Origin: Octopus bimaculoides
Lineage: Eukaryota
Direction of reading: 5' to 3'
Assembly (NCBI RefSeq): GCF_001194135.2
Contig: NC_068988.1
Coordinates: forward strand, 35,018,999 to 35,056,247
Length of the DNA stretch: 37,249 nucleotides
Shown here: positions 1 to 13,558 of the stretch, piece after piece
Position numbering within the stretch: position 1 is the stretch's first letter
Layout: the number at the start of each line of letters is the position of its first letter
Notes under the pieces: generated by a model
The model's input: the letters and a program-made list of their open reading frames with translations, nothing else
The model's database searches: none
What the model was told of the DNA's origin: nothing
Position numbers and translations under genes: made by a program

Positions 1-56
<56 letters not shown>
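1..56. repeat. (TA)n microsatellite
   Basis: Perfect TA dinucleotide run. Confidence 0.98.
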
Positions 57-987
57 TTAAATGTCGTTATATATATCTATGTATATCTATATACTTACAT
101 GTAGTTATATATATGTATATATATCTATATACATATATAAAAGAACAAATGCACAAAATCACATTGATCAGATGTTTAATAAATATCATCTCTACTCATA
201 CCTGCTAATCCATTCTTATACACCTATCACATGAAATCTCAGTAATATCAAATATATTTAACACTGTTTAGTCATTTCTTAGTATATTCAATTATTTCAG
301 AAATATTAACACCCGATTTGTCTCCCTGCATTTACTTCTCTGAAGATGGCTACATGGATGTCATAGCACTCTGCTAAACTAACTTTTTATTTAGTAAAAA
401 GAGACACTTTAAGATTAATTTGAGCAGTAAGTTCTCGAAGTTTTTGTTTATCAACTAACTAAATTTACACACACATACTCTATCTTTCTAATTCTGAAAA
501 CACATATATATGTGTTGTTTATCATGTAAAAGAATAACACAGTCTACATCTTACAGGTTTTGTCTTTTAAAATGACCATCAGTTGGCAGTCAGTAAACTT
601 ATGCTGGTACCAAACATTCATTACATATAATACTAAATTTTATAAAGTAGAAACTACCCAATTCAGATTCAGTTTCATGAATATAATTATATACAGTAAA
701 ATAAACTTAATTAGCATGTAGAACCTTCTCGTTAACAAACTCTCTTAGTGAGAGAATATTTCTTCAAAATTGCTCTAGAATGATCTTTGAAAGTGTCATA
801 ATTAAGTAGATGTTTCATATCAACATATAATCAAACATGAAGTAAATAATTTCAATAATTTAAACATAAGATAATTCATAAATGTGTATATGTAATACAT
901 TTTAATATAAACAACTGGTATATACTTCAAGAATATAGTGTATTCTTGAAGTGCATATGTATGTTTGTATATATATATATATATATT

Positions 988-1435
988 GTAAATTTTAGAG
1001 GTAATACTTGATAAGTGTAAGCACCTGTATATACCAGATAGTGGCTGAGGTGAAAGAAGATATTAAAGCATAAAATGAAAACAGAACACAAAGGATTCCA
1101 CAGTACACGTGTTTCAAGCTTTATACACAAACTGATGTTGCATCATTATATGAGTATATAATTGGTAGAAAGGATGGTTTAAAGCTATCTTCAACCGCAA
1201 ACATATTCAGTCCCAAGATTACATCACAAAGAAAAAATCACAAGGAAAAAAGACTCTCTCTTTTTCTTTTTTCTTTGTGATGTAATCTTGGGACTGAAAA
1301 TGTTTGCGGCTGAAGATAACTTTAAACCATCTTTTCTATTAATTATATACTCATATAATGATGCAACGACAGTTTGTGTATAAAGCTTGAAACACGTGTA
1401 CTGCAGAATCCTTTGAGTTCTGTTTTCATTTTATG

Positions 1436-1443
<8 letters not shown>
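988..1443. mobile_element. Asymmetric palindromic (fold-back) insertion in a (TA)n tract; PLE-like or MITE-like
   Basis: 1061-1236 is the diverged reverse complement of 1267-1443, with a ~30 bp spacer. The left arm extends ~70 bp further (988-1060). (TA)n flanks both sides (~967-987, 1441-1489). The ORF track shows mirror peptides MCIKLETRVL on opposite strands. Confidence 0.75.
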
Positions 1444-1492
<49 letters not shown>

Positions 1493-2277
1493 GCGTGCAG
1501 GTTTCTCAGTACTTACTAGTGGAGTACTTATCAATTTTTGCAAGGAAAACGCATACTAGCCATCACTTAATGATGTTTAGTATGCAGAACCTTTGAAGTT
1601 ACAGTTAGCCTTTTCCTTGTACAAGTTAATGTATTTTTGTGTGTGATAACACTTGAACAGAAAGTCCTCAGTACATAATATATATACATGTATACAAACA
1701 AATGCATATATACACAACATGCGCACATATATATTATGCATATATGTGTGTATTTGCTGCATGTAATAGCAAGATTATTTATCTTTCATAAGCATTAGTA
1801 TGATAAGCTAAATAGTCATTTGGCATTTCATGGTCAGAATGAAAGATTAACAGATGATCAATCCTGTTGACTTCTTATACACATAAACACAGACACCTAC
1901 ACGATATATATATATATATATATATACACTCATGTTTTATAATTCATATCATATCACAGATACAAGGATACACATATTACAGTGCAACATGTTTGACAAT
2001 AAACAGTGACACGTGCATCAATATATGCATATATTTGTGCAATATATCATGTTTTCCCTGTATGTAGACATCTTTCTCTCTCACTCTCTTCATCCCTCGA
2101 TCCATTTGTCTGTTTCTTTTGCTCTCTATATATATGTACTGTATGTATATATATTTTATGCTTATATATATATATATATATATATATTTGCCATGATAGA
2201 TCGCTAACCACTACACACATTTTTTTTTCTCTCCTTGTTTCTCTACTTGTTTCTTTCTGTGTTCCTTTCCGTGGAAG

Positions 2278-2329
2278 AGCGTGGGCTCGAAACATTAAAG
2301 ACTTTTTCAATTCCCAAGCATTATACTAA
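2278..2329 (+). CDS. Candidate alternative terminal exon (..AWARNIKDFFNSQALY*)
   Basis: Branch-point-like CGCTAAC (~2202-2208), a ~50 nt polypyrimidine tract (2220-2270), first AG at 2276-2277, then non-repetitive sequence ending TAA at 2329. Reading phase is not established. Confidence 0.35.
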
Positions 2330-2406
2330 TACTATTTGTTTTATACACCACCTGTCTTCATCTGTTGCTTTTTTTTGTGAATTCTCCCTATATATATTAT
2401 ACAATA

Positions 2407-2409
<3 letters not shown>

Positions 2410-2456
<47 letters not shown>

Positions 2457-2562
2457 GTATATATATATATATATTACATTTAATACATGTTATATGTTGT
2501 GTACATTATATATAATATATACATTATATGTATATAAATATGTATATATATGTATATATATA

Positions 2563-2607
<45 letters not shown>

Positions 2608-2622
2608 TACATATCAAATATA
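2410..2622. repeat. (TA)n/(TG)n compound microsatellite
   Basis: Direct inspection; explains the YIYI/IYIY ORFs. Confidence 0.95.
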
Positions 2623-2745
2623 TTTTTATATATATTATATATGTGTATATTACCATAAAATATTGTGTTATATAGTATTCAGAGAAACAAGTATTCATCT
2701 ACTTACTTAGTTATTTGGGGGTTTTTTGCAACTTCTCTTTTTTCA

Positions 2746-2779
<34 letters not shown>

Positions 2780-2950
2780 CAAATCTATGTTATTAATTCC
2801 AACACCTTGAGCTTCTATTTGATTCAAATTTTTGTTTCTGATATCTATTTTTAAATAACCATTCAACTCAAGATGATTTTGTTTTGCACTTTCTTCTCAC
2901 CTAATCAGTTTCCTTAACTTTGTTTTCCTGTTGAATTTCTTTTAACCCAG

Positions 2951-2968
2951 GCTATATACACATAAAGG
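2951..2968 (+). CDS. Candidate 18-nt microexon
   Basis: Pyrimidine-rich acceptor ...tttcttttaacccAG | gctatatacacataaagg | GTaagc strong donor. Confidence 0.45.
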
Positions 2969-3359
2969 GTAAGCTCCACTCATAAGAGGATTCTGCAGTC
3001 TAGGGTCATTTCTTTTTCCATTTTTTAAACTTTTCAAAACATTTCCTTACTGCCTTTTGACAATGGTTACTGTTGTCAAAGATCTTCATCTTTCATCTCA
3101 CATCTTTTTCTCTGATTCTTCTCATCTTTAACTTCCTTTCATTTCATCTCCCATCTATTATCTTTTCTTCTTATCTCTATTTTCCTTACTTGCCTTTTAT
3201 CTCATCTCTCATACATTATCCCTTCCCTTCTCTTCATGTTTCTTCTCCTCTCAACTCTCCTTTTGTATTTCTTTTCCTTTCTGATGCATGCATGCATACA
3301 CGCACAAACACACACATATTATTCTGATGCAAGGAATTCTTATTATTATTGTGACAACT

Positions 3360-3480
3360 TTGGTGGCAAGCTTGCAGAGTTATTAGCATACTAGACAAAA
3401 TGATTTGCAGTATTTCTTTTGGTTATACATTTGGTGTTCAAACTCCACTGAGATTACTATGTCTTTTATGCTTTCAGGCT
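3360..3480 (+). mobile_element. Degraded tRNA-derived SINE (family B) head
   Basis: ggtggcaagcttgcagagttattagcatactagacaaaatg...gttcaaactcc matches the reverse complement of the 30586-31925 copies. Confidence 0.6.
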
Positions 3481-4799
3481 ATGTGCATATGGTAGAAAGA
3501 ATTATTACTGTAACAACTGCCCCTAGTTTCTATTCCTAGTCAGATTTTCATCACATCACATTCCAGAGACCGTATTGTCTCTAACATCCTATTCATATGT
3601 TAATTTAATTTTCAGTTTTACTTCAGGAATATCAATTATTAACCATTATTATTTTATCATTATTTAAGTAGTTATTTATTTTTACAGAATAAAATTTTTC
3701 TTAATAACTGCTCCCTTATTTATTTTTTATTTCATAACAATGTCTCTCTATCTTATTTAATATAAACACATCTGTAAATATTTATCTGTAAAGGGTTGAG
3801 AAGTGATTAGATATATTTACTTATTTTCTAGAATTATATTTCATTTAGTAATTTTTATTTCATTACAATTAGTATTACTCATTATCATTATATAATTAGC
3901 AGTAATTCTTAATATAGACACACAGTCTCAAATGTTGAAGTCAAGCACTGTCAATAAAGTTTGCTGCTTCTTATTTCCTCAACCCCTGGGTGAATTGAAA
4001 GTGAAAGTTAATTCCAGTGAGATTTGAACTAAAATGCATAGAATCTAATTAAATACTGCAAGGGATTATGCCTGGCAATCTATCAATTCTGCTTTTCACT
4101 TTTGTTTATAATTATATTATGATAAATGATATTAGCACTGTTGCATCACTCTTTTGTTTTGTCACTGGTATGCTTCTGATAATGTGTTCTCTTAAATCCC
4201 TCCATCTCTTTGTTAAATTAATTGTCTTTGGAGATTCTCTAGATCTCAGTATGTTTTTAGAAGTTCTGTCTGACAGTAATGAAGTTAGCAGTCATTACAA
4301 TCACTTGGAGATGGATATGTGGGTGGATTGTGGATGTGGTGTGGTTTGAGCTTTGCTACATATCAATTAACATTTCATGGGGATGTTAGTTAACAGGAGC
4401 AGGCTCTACAGTTCATTATAATAGTGTGTTAAAAATATGCAAGTGCTCTCTTATAATATCAAGTGTTACTTGGCTACAGTCACACCTATGTTGGTATTGT
4501 ATGTTACATGTTGCCAATTTTGTTTGGCTGACTGAATACTTAGAAGGCAATATAGATTGTGTATGATAAAGAAGTATCTTGTTTTATAACATCTCTCCTC
4601 GATATTTCCTTATTTGCATTTTTTTTTTTTTTTTAAGTAGAATGAAGTGCTGCAAGAATCTATGCCCTCTTTACAGTCCTTCTGCAACTTGTGTGAAGGA
4701 AGGAAAAAGTTATCTTTAGATGGGAATTCTGTCCGTTAATGGAAGCTAAACCAAGCATAACGTCTAGCACCCAAGAACTGTATTGTAAAGAGATCATAT

Positions 4800-5030
4800 G
4801 AATGCACTGCAAGGAAGCAGATAAGGGTCTTCAGCCCTGCAAACTGATATCTAAACCATAAAGACATCGTAGATATCACTATGATCCTTATGCTGTTTCC
4901 TCTCTGTCTTACCTATCACTACTATAATGGCTTCTGTGCCTCAGAGCTGGCTAGTTTCATAACTCCACCACTCCGGCATCCTCAATTCACTATTCCTTAC
5001 AACTCTCATCACTGTGCTCATGTCTTTCTT
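4800..5030 (+). mobile_element. Degraded CR1/L2/Jockey-group LINE, RT C-terminal fragment
   Basis: Conceptual translation with a frameshift gives ..YHYYNGFCASELASFITPP.., resembling the 'SLFYRYYHGxCSSEL' region at the end of non-LTR RTs. Confidence 0.5.
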
Positions 5031-5417
5031 GTAGGTGTTGACCTATGACAGTCTAGATGGAACATAAATGGTATCAAAATTACAGGTCTATGGGGGGGGG
5101 CTGCAAAATTGATGAGTCATGCCCTTTTCTCCTCAAGTAACCAAAAAAGATAATGGTGGTTGGGGAGAAAAACTCTAATATTTATCATTACATTTTGTTC
5201 TTTAACTATATAAAAAAGAGATCCGAGATTCTCCATTGCTATCACTACTCACTAATTCGTTGATAAACTCGATATTTTCTTCACCTGCTTGGGAGAAACA
5301 TTCTGTTAATTCCTCAGTGGTGTCTCTTTCACTGAGCTTAGATGTAGTTGTTATGCATTTAGTTCAAGCAGTTGACAATGATGAGTTTAAGTTGAAAATC
5401 TTTGTAAATGTCATCAT

Positions 5418-5653
5418 TTAGCCCTTTTGTTACCATATTTCTGTTGAAATGTATTACTTTTGTTTTAATTAATTTTCAAAATAATAAAGAATTTTGTAAA
5501 ATGAGTTTTTTTTCTATTATTATTATTAGTTTGATGTTTGGAACATAGATTAACATGAAATTTTGATAGAACTTTCATTTTGACCACTTTAAACATGAAG
5601 TTTATATCATAGCACCAGGTATAGTTTCAGGCAGGTTGGTATCAAAAGGGTCA
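5418..5653 (+). mobile_element. piggyBac-type (TTAA) MITE, family 2
   Basis: Ends ttagcccttttg ... tatcaaaagggtcaa are a decayed TTAACCCTTT/AAAGGGTTAA pair. The internal sequence matches 28390-28577 (caggcaggttggtatcaaaagggtcaa is identical). Confidence 0.65.
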
Positions 5654-6432
5654 AAGATGCAAGCACAAATGCTACTGTGTCCAAGTAACACTTTCATATC
5701 AAAGTAAAACAGTAGACTTCAAGAAAACTTGCATTGATGTGCATCAACTAAAGAATTAAAATTCTCTTTTCCTCATGGCAAAATAATTTTTTTCCAATGG
5801 CCTTATATTTTGGTCTGTCTTCTTTCAATATGAGTTGAGATTTTTACTGAAGACCACTTTGCATTTTATCCCCATAGTGTCAATGAACACCAATTATTTA
5901 CTGTGATAGATATTTTTTTGCTCTTGTGCAACCTACCACTATAAACCAAAAAAAGTGCTTTTGAGCCATTTTAATGTAATGTACTCAGTGCTTGTGTTTG
6001 AAATGTGGTGGAGAGCAATGAATTTGATAACAGAAGCTCTTCTAGTTTCATAGATGAGTTCAGGCGATAAAGTAAGGGGAAGATTTTACTTAAGTTCCAT
6101 TTTCTAGCTATGGCCTCTCTGCCAAAGCAAGGACCATAGATCACAATTGGAAAAGTTCTTAAGCTTTTAATAATCACAGCCCACACCTCACTTAAAATTT
6201 TCAGCACCTCACTTGTGCTACAGATTCATTTGGTAAATAAAGGGGTATCACACTTAAATTAAATTTCCCTTGAACTTAAGGCCAAGAGTCCTACGCCAAT
6301 ATAAAAAGACAAGCCCTCATCATTCTCATCATCATCTACTTCACCATAATAACAATTTTATGAATAAAATATGATCTCCCTGTGTATTTTGGTGAAATCT
6401 TGTTCTTCCGTCCTTATTTAGCTCTTATTCAG

Positions 6433-6477
6433 ACAGTGACAACTGATATCCAACCACTCCAGGATGTGACATTGTGA
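6433..6477 (+). CDS. Candidate terminal coding exon TVTTDIQPLQDVTL* (gene unidentified)
   Basis: Polypyrimidine acceptor (tcttgttcttccgtccttatttagctcttattcAG), 14 codons in phase 0 ending in TGA, class I PDZ-ligand-like end (V-T-L), followed by TE-free UTR-like sequence. Confidence 0.45.
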   Translation, partial: TVTTDIQPLQDVTL

Positions 6478-7906
6478 AGTACAATGGATGTGTGTGTGTG
6501 TATGTATAAAATTTTGCTGATCCATTGGTTTGTTACTCTGGAGTTTCCCCTCTACACATAGTTGATTTCTTATACAGCAACACACACGCATGACATTTTA
6601 TATTACAAGAATCTTTATTTCTTATGATATATATTCTTCACCCTCTTTTGGAGTGTGTGTGTTCTATTTGTTTTTTCTCTTAATTTGTGCTTTTTTTTTT
6701 TAAAGAAACATTAACTCAGAAATGAAGTTATCAATAAAATAAGCCTTGAAAAGCAAGACAGACTTTCTACCTTCTCTACTTCCATTCCTTTTCCAATGTT
6801 AACACACAACACAATATTGAATATGTATAGTTTTTATTCTTTCTTTCTTGTATCCACGCCATGTCTTGTTGCATGCTACAGAAAGAATAAAAATTTTAAA
6901 AAATAAACAATGCATATTTTAACTAATTAAATAATTAATTAATCAACTAATTAACTAACATCCACAGTTTTCACCATGTAGACAGCTGCATTTTGGTAAC
7001 AGTTCATTCCTCTCTTGCCTAAGCCTTCTCCCAGTAATTTTTTCTTTTTGTTTATGATTATTTTGGAGAGTTCGGGTTGGTGTCTTCTACTGTGTTTGTT
7101 TTATACACTTTTTTTTTTTTCATTGACCTTTTTAATTTTTTTTTTTTTTTTCTTGATTTGTAAAACTTTTTCTGTAGNNNNNNNNNNNNNNNNNNNNNNN
7201 NNNNNNNNNNNNNNNNNNNNNNNNNNNNNNNNNNNNNNNNNNNNNNNNNNNNNNNNNNNNNNNNNNNNNNNNNNNNNNNNNNNNNNNNNNNNNNNNNNNN
7301 NNNNNNNNNNNNNNNNNNNNNNNNNNNNNNNNNNNNNNNNNNNNNNNNNNNNNNNNNNNNNNNNNNNNNNNNNNNNNNNNNNNNNNNNNNNNNNNNNNNN
7401 NNNNNNNNNNNNNNNNNNNNNNNNNNNNNNNNNNNNNNNNNNNNNNNNNNNNNNNNNNNNNNNNNNNNNNNNNNNNNNNNNNNNNNNNNNNNNNNNNNNN
7501 NNNNNNNNNNNNNNNNNNNNNNNNNNNNNNNNNATATATATATATATATATATATACATACATACATACACACACATACATACATGAATATACTTATCCC
7601 CTTTTAGCCTACAATTTTTTTTCTTGTTTTCCTAAAATTTTTTGTTACATTATACCACCACCTTAGTTCCTGTATTTATTTTTGATGTTGCACTGTTTAT
7701 ATTTTGCACTAAAAAAGTGAAAGGAAGAAAGAAATAAAAAGAGTGCAATATTTTGTAACAAACGAAAGGAAGTTTGTGAGACACAATACCTTGCAAATGT
7801 ATGTTTATTATCACTGCTATTTTGTAAATATTTAATATTATGTATATATAAGTACACACACAGACATCACTTTTTAGTTGAGAGTATATGTGAGTGCGTG
7901 TGTATG

Positions 7907-7939
<33 letters not shown>

Positions 7940-8315
7940 CTGTGTGTGAACACATAAGACACATACTCACAATAAATGCCTGTTGCAAATTGTTGGGGTT
8001 TGGTTTAAAAAAAAAAGCCAAAAGAAAGTAATCTTCATTGAACCTACATAAACTTCCAAAGAAACTAAAGTATAAAGAAAATCAGTANNNNNNNNNNAAA
8101 AAAAAAAAAAAACTATTGAATAAACTAATTAACAGATGTTAAAATAATTAACAAACATGAGCATTCTGAAATATTTTGCAGACTGTATTTTTTCTTTAAC
8201 AATGAAAGAAGATAAACTGCATATAAAATAAAATTTAAAAAAAACACACAAAAAAATGATACACTACGGTGTCTAGTTCCTCTTCAAAAAAGCATTGAAT
8301 AAACATGTAAATAAT
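6478..8315 (+). other. Probable 3'UTR with polyadenylation signals
   Basis: U/A-rich, no recognisable TE over ~1.8 kb (partly gap), AATAAA hexamers near 7971, 8119 and 8298. Inferred only. Confidence 0.3.
7178..7533. other. Assembly gap (N run)
   Basis: Ns. Other gaps: 8088-8097, 13152-13161, 17302-17342, 28666-29047, 35463-35644. Confidence 1.
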
Positions 8316-8808
8316 GATAATAATAATAATAATGAGGATGATGATGATATTGATGATAATAATAATAATAATGATAAAAATAATCACAGCAGTAATTATA
8401 TTTAAAAGCAGAAATATAACATCAGCAGTTACATTTTTTTATTTTCTAAGAAATAATTATCTTTATTATTAACATAGTTCTTTATCATGGTTGTTTTTTA
8501 TAGCACCATATATTTTGGGAATCAGGGATAAATATAAGTTTGTGTGTGTGCGTGTGTTATAGAAGAGTTGATATATGAATCTATTGTATATATACACAAA
8601 CATATATATAAAGCATAAGTGGAACTATTATCTTACATATGTACATGTGTGTGTGTGTGTGTATATATATATATACACAGACACGCACACATATGTATGT
8701 GGTTGTGTATAATTATTTATGTGTATATAAGTATATGTGTGTGTGTGTAAAATTTAACGTCTTCCATGTTTATATGTGTCTATATAAATGTATGTATGTG
8801 TGTGTGTG

Positions 8809-8848
<40 letters not shown>

Positions 8849-10195
8849 AAGAGATATATATGTATATACATGTACCTACATATACTCTCCACCTCTTTTT
8901 CATACACAGCTATAAATATTAAGTGGTTAACTTTATTCTGTGTGTTGTTATACCATCATCATTTCCAAAACTTGGTGCCCTTCACTTCACTGATCCATCT
9001 CGTATGTGGAACACCTAGATTTGTCTTTAATTCTATTAGCATTGGTACCTTTAATTCTGACATGACTACATATTCCACTGGCTCCTTGGCTGTTTCTTTT
9101 TATATTCATTAGCGTGGGTTTTTTTTTATGGCTGAATGAAATTCCAATCAGAAACTACTTTGCAGCACAGAATTGGTCGAGTTTATCATGACACTGGCAC
9201 TAGAGAGAAAGAATACCGTTAATATTGCTAAAATAATAATGCTAAAAATTTGCCTGTGCTCTAATTACAAAATGGAAGCTAATGGATATGTTTTAAATAC
9301 ACCTGTGTCATGAATTTAGGGATAATGTCTTAAATGGTGAGCCCCTACTTCTAAAATACAAAAGAAGTGAAAATAATTCTAATCATGAAATTTGGTTCAG
9401 TTTGATCATAGAGGAAAATCAATCCTCGCTCCGGTTGTTAGTGACCTCCAAAGAAAATGAGTGATAAATTTCCAACATAAAAATGTAATTCCAAAAAATT
9501 TAATTCATATGATTAGTGGCGCCCTGATCGTCATTAAACTGCTATAAGTGATGCAGTCACATCTTTCCTTGTTTTTTTTTTCAAGTTTAATGGAATATTG
9601 TTGGTAAAGTAAAGAGAAATGTAACACTTTATCAATTGACTGATATTAAATAAGTCATAATGGGCTAAGGGAAATAAATCAAGTGGGTCAGTAGCACACA
9701 GATGGATCAGATACATTGTAACATGCAAAGACTATATATATATATATGCACATAGGTATATGCATTTATATGTACATATATATTTGTATAAATGCATGTG
9801 TGTATACCTTGTATGTAGGTGTATGTATGTATGTATATAAATGTGTGTGTGTATGGATGTATGTATGTATAAGTGATTTAAATTCAAAATATCCAGGCAC
9901 ACTCATGTGATAGTTATTGTTTGAATATGTTTTGTCATTAAATCCGACATGAGATTAAAGATTCTCCTCAATAAAATCTGGAATTTCAATGATTTTATTT
10001 TTACCTATTTTATTCTAATTTACTCAAGCTAGAACTCATATTGGAACTAATCATCGTTATTGTTGTACTTATAATTGTTGTTTCATGTTGCTTTCTCAAT
10101 CCCTTTGTTGGTTTGCTTTATCATTGCTTTATTATTCTTAGAATTTTCTTGTTATTGCTGTTGTTACCATTATTTATATTTTATTGGTATTATTG

Positions 10196-10198
10196 TTT

Positions 10199-10243
<45 letters not shown>
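10196..10243. repeat. (ATT)n microsatellite
   Basis: Direct inspection. Confidence 0.95.
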
Positions 10244-11265
10244 TATGTTTTTCTCTCTGTTCCCCATGATTATTGTTGTAAACAGTAGCCAGTAATAAAT
10301 TACAAGCCATTGTTTAGTTAATATCCTTTTGTCCAAGACCCTTCTTTGTCATGATTTGACAAGCCTGTGGACTGGCATATAACAACGTATTATTTTTGCC
10401 CCTTGTATTGTTATCATCATTATCATCGTCATTATTATTATTTTTATTTTCATTATGGTTAGTATTGTTATTGTTTATTATTTTTACTGTCATTGTTGCC
10501 ATTATTGTTATTGTTATGCAACAGGAATACAAAAAAAACAAAACAAAACAAAAGACAGTACAACACATTACATTTAAGTTAAAAAGGATAAGAACAGGAA
10601 CAGAGAAAAGATTTGGCTATAAAAGGGACAAAAAAGAAAAAAAACACAGTTACATATGAATTTATATTTTAGTTGTTTCCATTTAATTATAAATCAATCC
10701 CCCACCTCCACCCCAATTTTTTATTTTTATTGTTTTTTTTTTTTAATATAATGTTATCGCTCAGAAATGACTGATCTGAATTTTGATATTACCCAGTAAA
10801 TTATATTTTCTTTGGTTGAGATATATTCATGGAAAAAAAAAATATGAAAAAGACTTGTTTTTCATGTTTCAAAAGGGTGATGATGTGAAGGTGGGGGTGG
10901 GGCGGTGGGGGAGAATAAAAAAGAAAAAAAACAAAAAACAAGGCAAAAGAAATCGAGATAAAACTTTGGTGTTTGCATGGTATTATTTCAAAGGTCTCAT
11001 AAACACCCTATTCTTGGAATCTGCTTTGCAAAATCTCACAAACTTTTAATGACTTCATATATATATATCTACATACATGCATATATATATATATGTATAT
11101 GTGCATATATGTATGTATATAAACTAGTCTACCGCTTGAGGTAGGTGACTTGGTAGTGGAGGGTGGTGGGGATGCTTATTTCATCTGGCAACTAAAGAAT
11201 TGTTCATACTGGTATCCATGACGATATGCATTTTCTTTGTTGTGATGGTATATGAAAGAACATTT

Positions 11266-11510
<245 letters not shown>

Positions 11511-11919
11511 AGTGTTTATGTGTGTGTATGTGTAAACATATATATTATAGGTTTGTATATGAGAGAAGAACCAACTGAATAAATAAATAAATACATAAAT
11601 GAATAAAATGACTTTGCTTAGAAACCGATTTGTCTCTTTTGATTTGCGGCACAATGGAACATTTCTTGTGTTGAGTGTTTTCATGTTGTTCTTGTTGTTA
11701 CTACAGTTCACCAATTTAGAGAGTAAGATCACTCTCCCTGCCACTCGAAGGCTCTGGTAGGAATGAGTCAATGGTTCGGTTCTTCAGAGAATGTAGACTG
11801 ACCCAGTTGAATGCATCTTGATTATTCTGAAGACCATTATTGCACCTGATATATTTTGGTGCCAAACTGAATTTCTCTAATCTTTTCAGGTTTTCTTCTT
11901 TGTAACAAAGCTGTTATAT

Positions 11920-12130
11920 ATCATCATGATCATCATCATACTTCCATTTTCCTTCCTGGTATGAGTTGGATGGTTTGACAGTATCCAATGTGTGCAAGGT
12001 TTGCTTCATGCTCCAATGTCTTCTCTGGCATGTTTTCAATAACCAGATGCCTTTCCTAATGTCAACCATTTTACAGAATGTTCTGGATGCATTTTTCTCT
12101 TTGGACTGTCATTAGTGAGATTGTCATGCT
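11920..12130 (-). mobile_element. Degraded RTE-type 3' tail (LINE 3' end or RTE-tailed SINE)
   Basis: (CAT)n tail plus gagttggatggtttgac...gatgcctttcctaatgtcaaccattttacaga, homologous to 21412-21710. Confidence 0.7.
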
Positions 12131-12994
12131 GTTTGTGACACTAAGATCCTTTTCAACTGAGTTAGGTTACAGCAGCAAGGGAAATGTCTTTATGCTAGGG
12201 TACACACAGACATGTGTGCACATACACACACACACACACATCCCCCCCCACACACACACAAAGCAAGTACAAATAACAAAAAGCAAGGGACTTTCACAAT
12301 TAACATTAGCTTTATACTGTTGTCACTTATCACAAGTCCATCTTAATTTGAGTACAAATCCTTCACTGGGTTATAACTTAGTTTTCACAGCTAGTTGTCT
12401 ATCTCATTACTTGCTGAATACATACATATGTATGTATGACCAAAAATAAGCTATTAGAAATAATTCAGAATGGCCAATAACATGTATATGGGCAGCATAT
12501 GCAAATACAGATATATCAAGTACCATACAACATAAATTCTTGACTTATTAGAATTATCTCTGCCCCGAGAGGATATGTCACAATTTTCAAATGACAGTTG
12601 AAGTTAGCTCCATTAGAGAAGTGGAGATAATGTCAAGAATCAAGAACTCTTCAAAGCTGTCATGTTGTTAAGGCAGCAAGAGCAGATTTACTGCCTGCTG
12701 CTCAGAGAAAACATTGTGGTTTACTTATTTCAGCCTCAGTAGGTGTCTATCAGCACAATAATTATCTTACACCAAAAGAGATCTAGACATATAAAAAAAG
12801 AAGAATAGAACACGTTTATGGCTGAGGTAATTTGCATATATTGTATAAAAATGAACTAAGAGAAATAACAATGGCATGCATATGAACAACATAGACAAAT
12901 ACAGGCATATCAGACACCATACGTCATAAATTTGTGGTTTACTGTAATTGTCTCTGCCTCTGGAGGATGTCACAATTCATATATATATATCTTT

Positions 12995-13151
12995 TATTTT
13001 TCACTTTTTCCATTCATTGGACTGTGACCATGCTCAGCACCATCTTGAAGAATTTAGTCAACCAAGTCAGCTCAGCCCGAGTACTTATTTTAAAACTTGC
13101 TACTTATTTTATCAGCCATTTATTGCTGAACAGCTCAGTTACTTGGGCTGT
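12995..13151 (-). mobile_element. SINE family A 3' half, degraded
   Basis: cattggactgtgaccatgctcagcaccatcttg...ctacttattttatc matches the family A tail at 22672-22810. Confidence 0.65.
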
Positions 13152-13558
13152 NNNNNNNNNNCCCCACATATCTGTTATTGAAATGTCTACAACTGGCAGA
13201 TATTATAATTACTTGTATGTAATGATATTATTGAAATATACAATCTTTCGGAGTCTACCAAACTTCAAGTTTTGTCATTTTGTGACTGTAAGACCATAGT
13301 ATTCAAAATAACAAGATTTATTTAGAAAAAACGTGTTATTGGGCTACTTTGTATGTGTGTGTTATTTTTACAATGTAAAACATTTTGTTACTTTTTTAAT
13401 CAGATTTGTCCTTCCTGTCCACATCTACCATTCAGCTCCTAATGCATCACCATTTCACTACAACTGCACATTCCAGATAATATGAAACATTTGTTCTTAT
13501 TTTTATCATTTTTATTTGTAAAAACTATGAAAAGTTCTAACTTTTGTGTTGGAGAAAG

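Noticed and set aside
340-385. ctgaagatggcta..tagc hammerhead-like start
   Set aside because: No GAAA after stem II and no stem I partner.
5971-6207. 78-aa minus-strand ORF MLKILSEVWAV...
   Set aside because: No recognisable homology and weak splice context. Several chance ORFs of this length are expected in 37 kb; it may be decayed TE sequence.
7015-7587. ORFs spanning N runs (also 28574-29132, 35324-35807)
   Set aside because: Open only because of assembly gaps.
11715-11912. Minus-strand open frame LCYKEENLKRLEKF...SDLTL*
   Set aside because: Acceptor lacks a polypyrimidine tract, no homology recognised, and no partner exons found.
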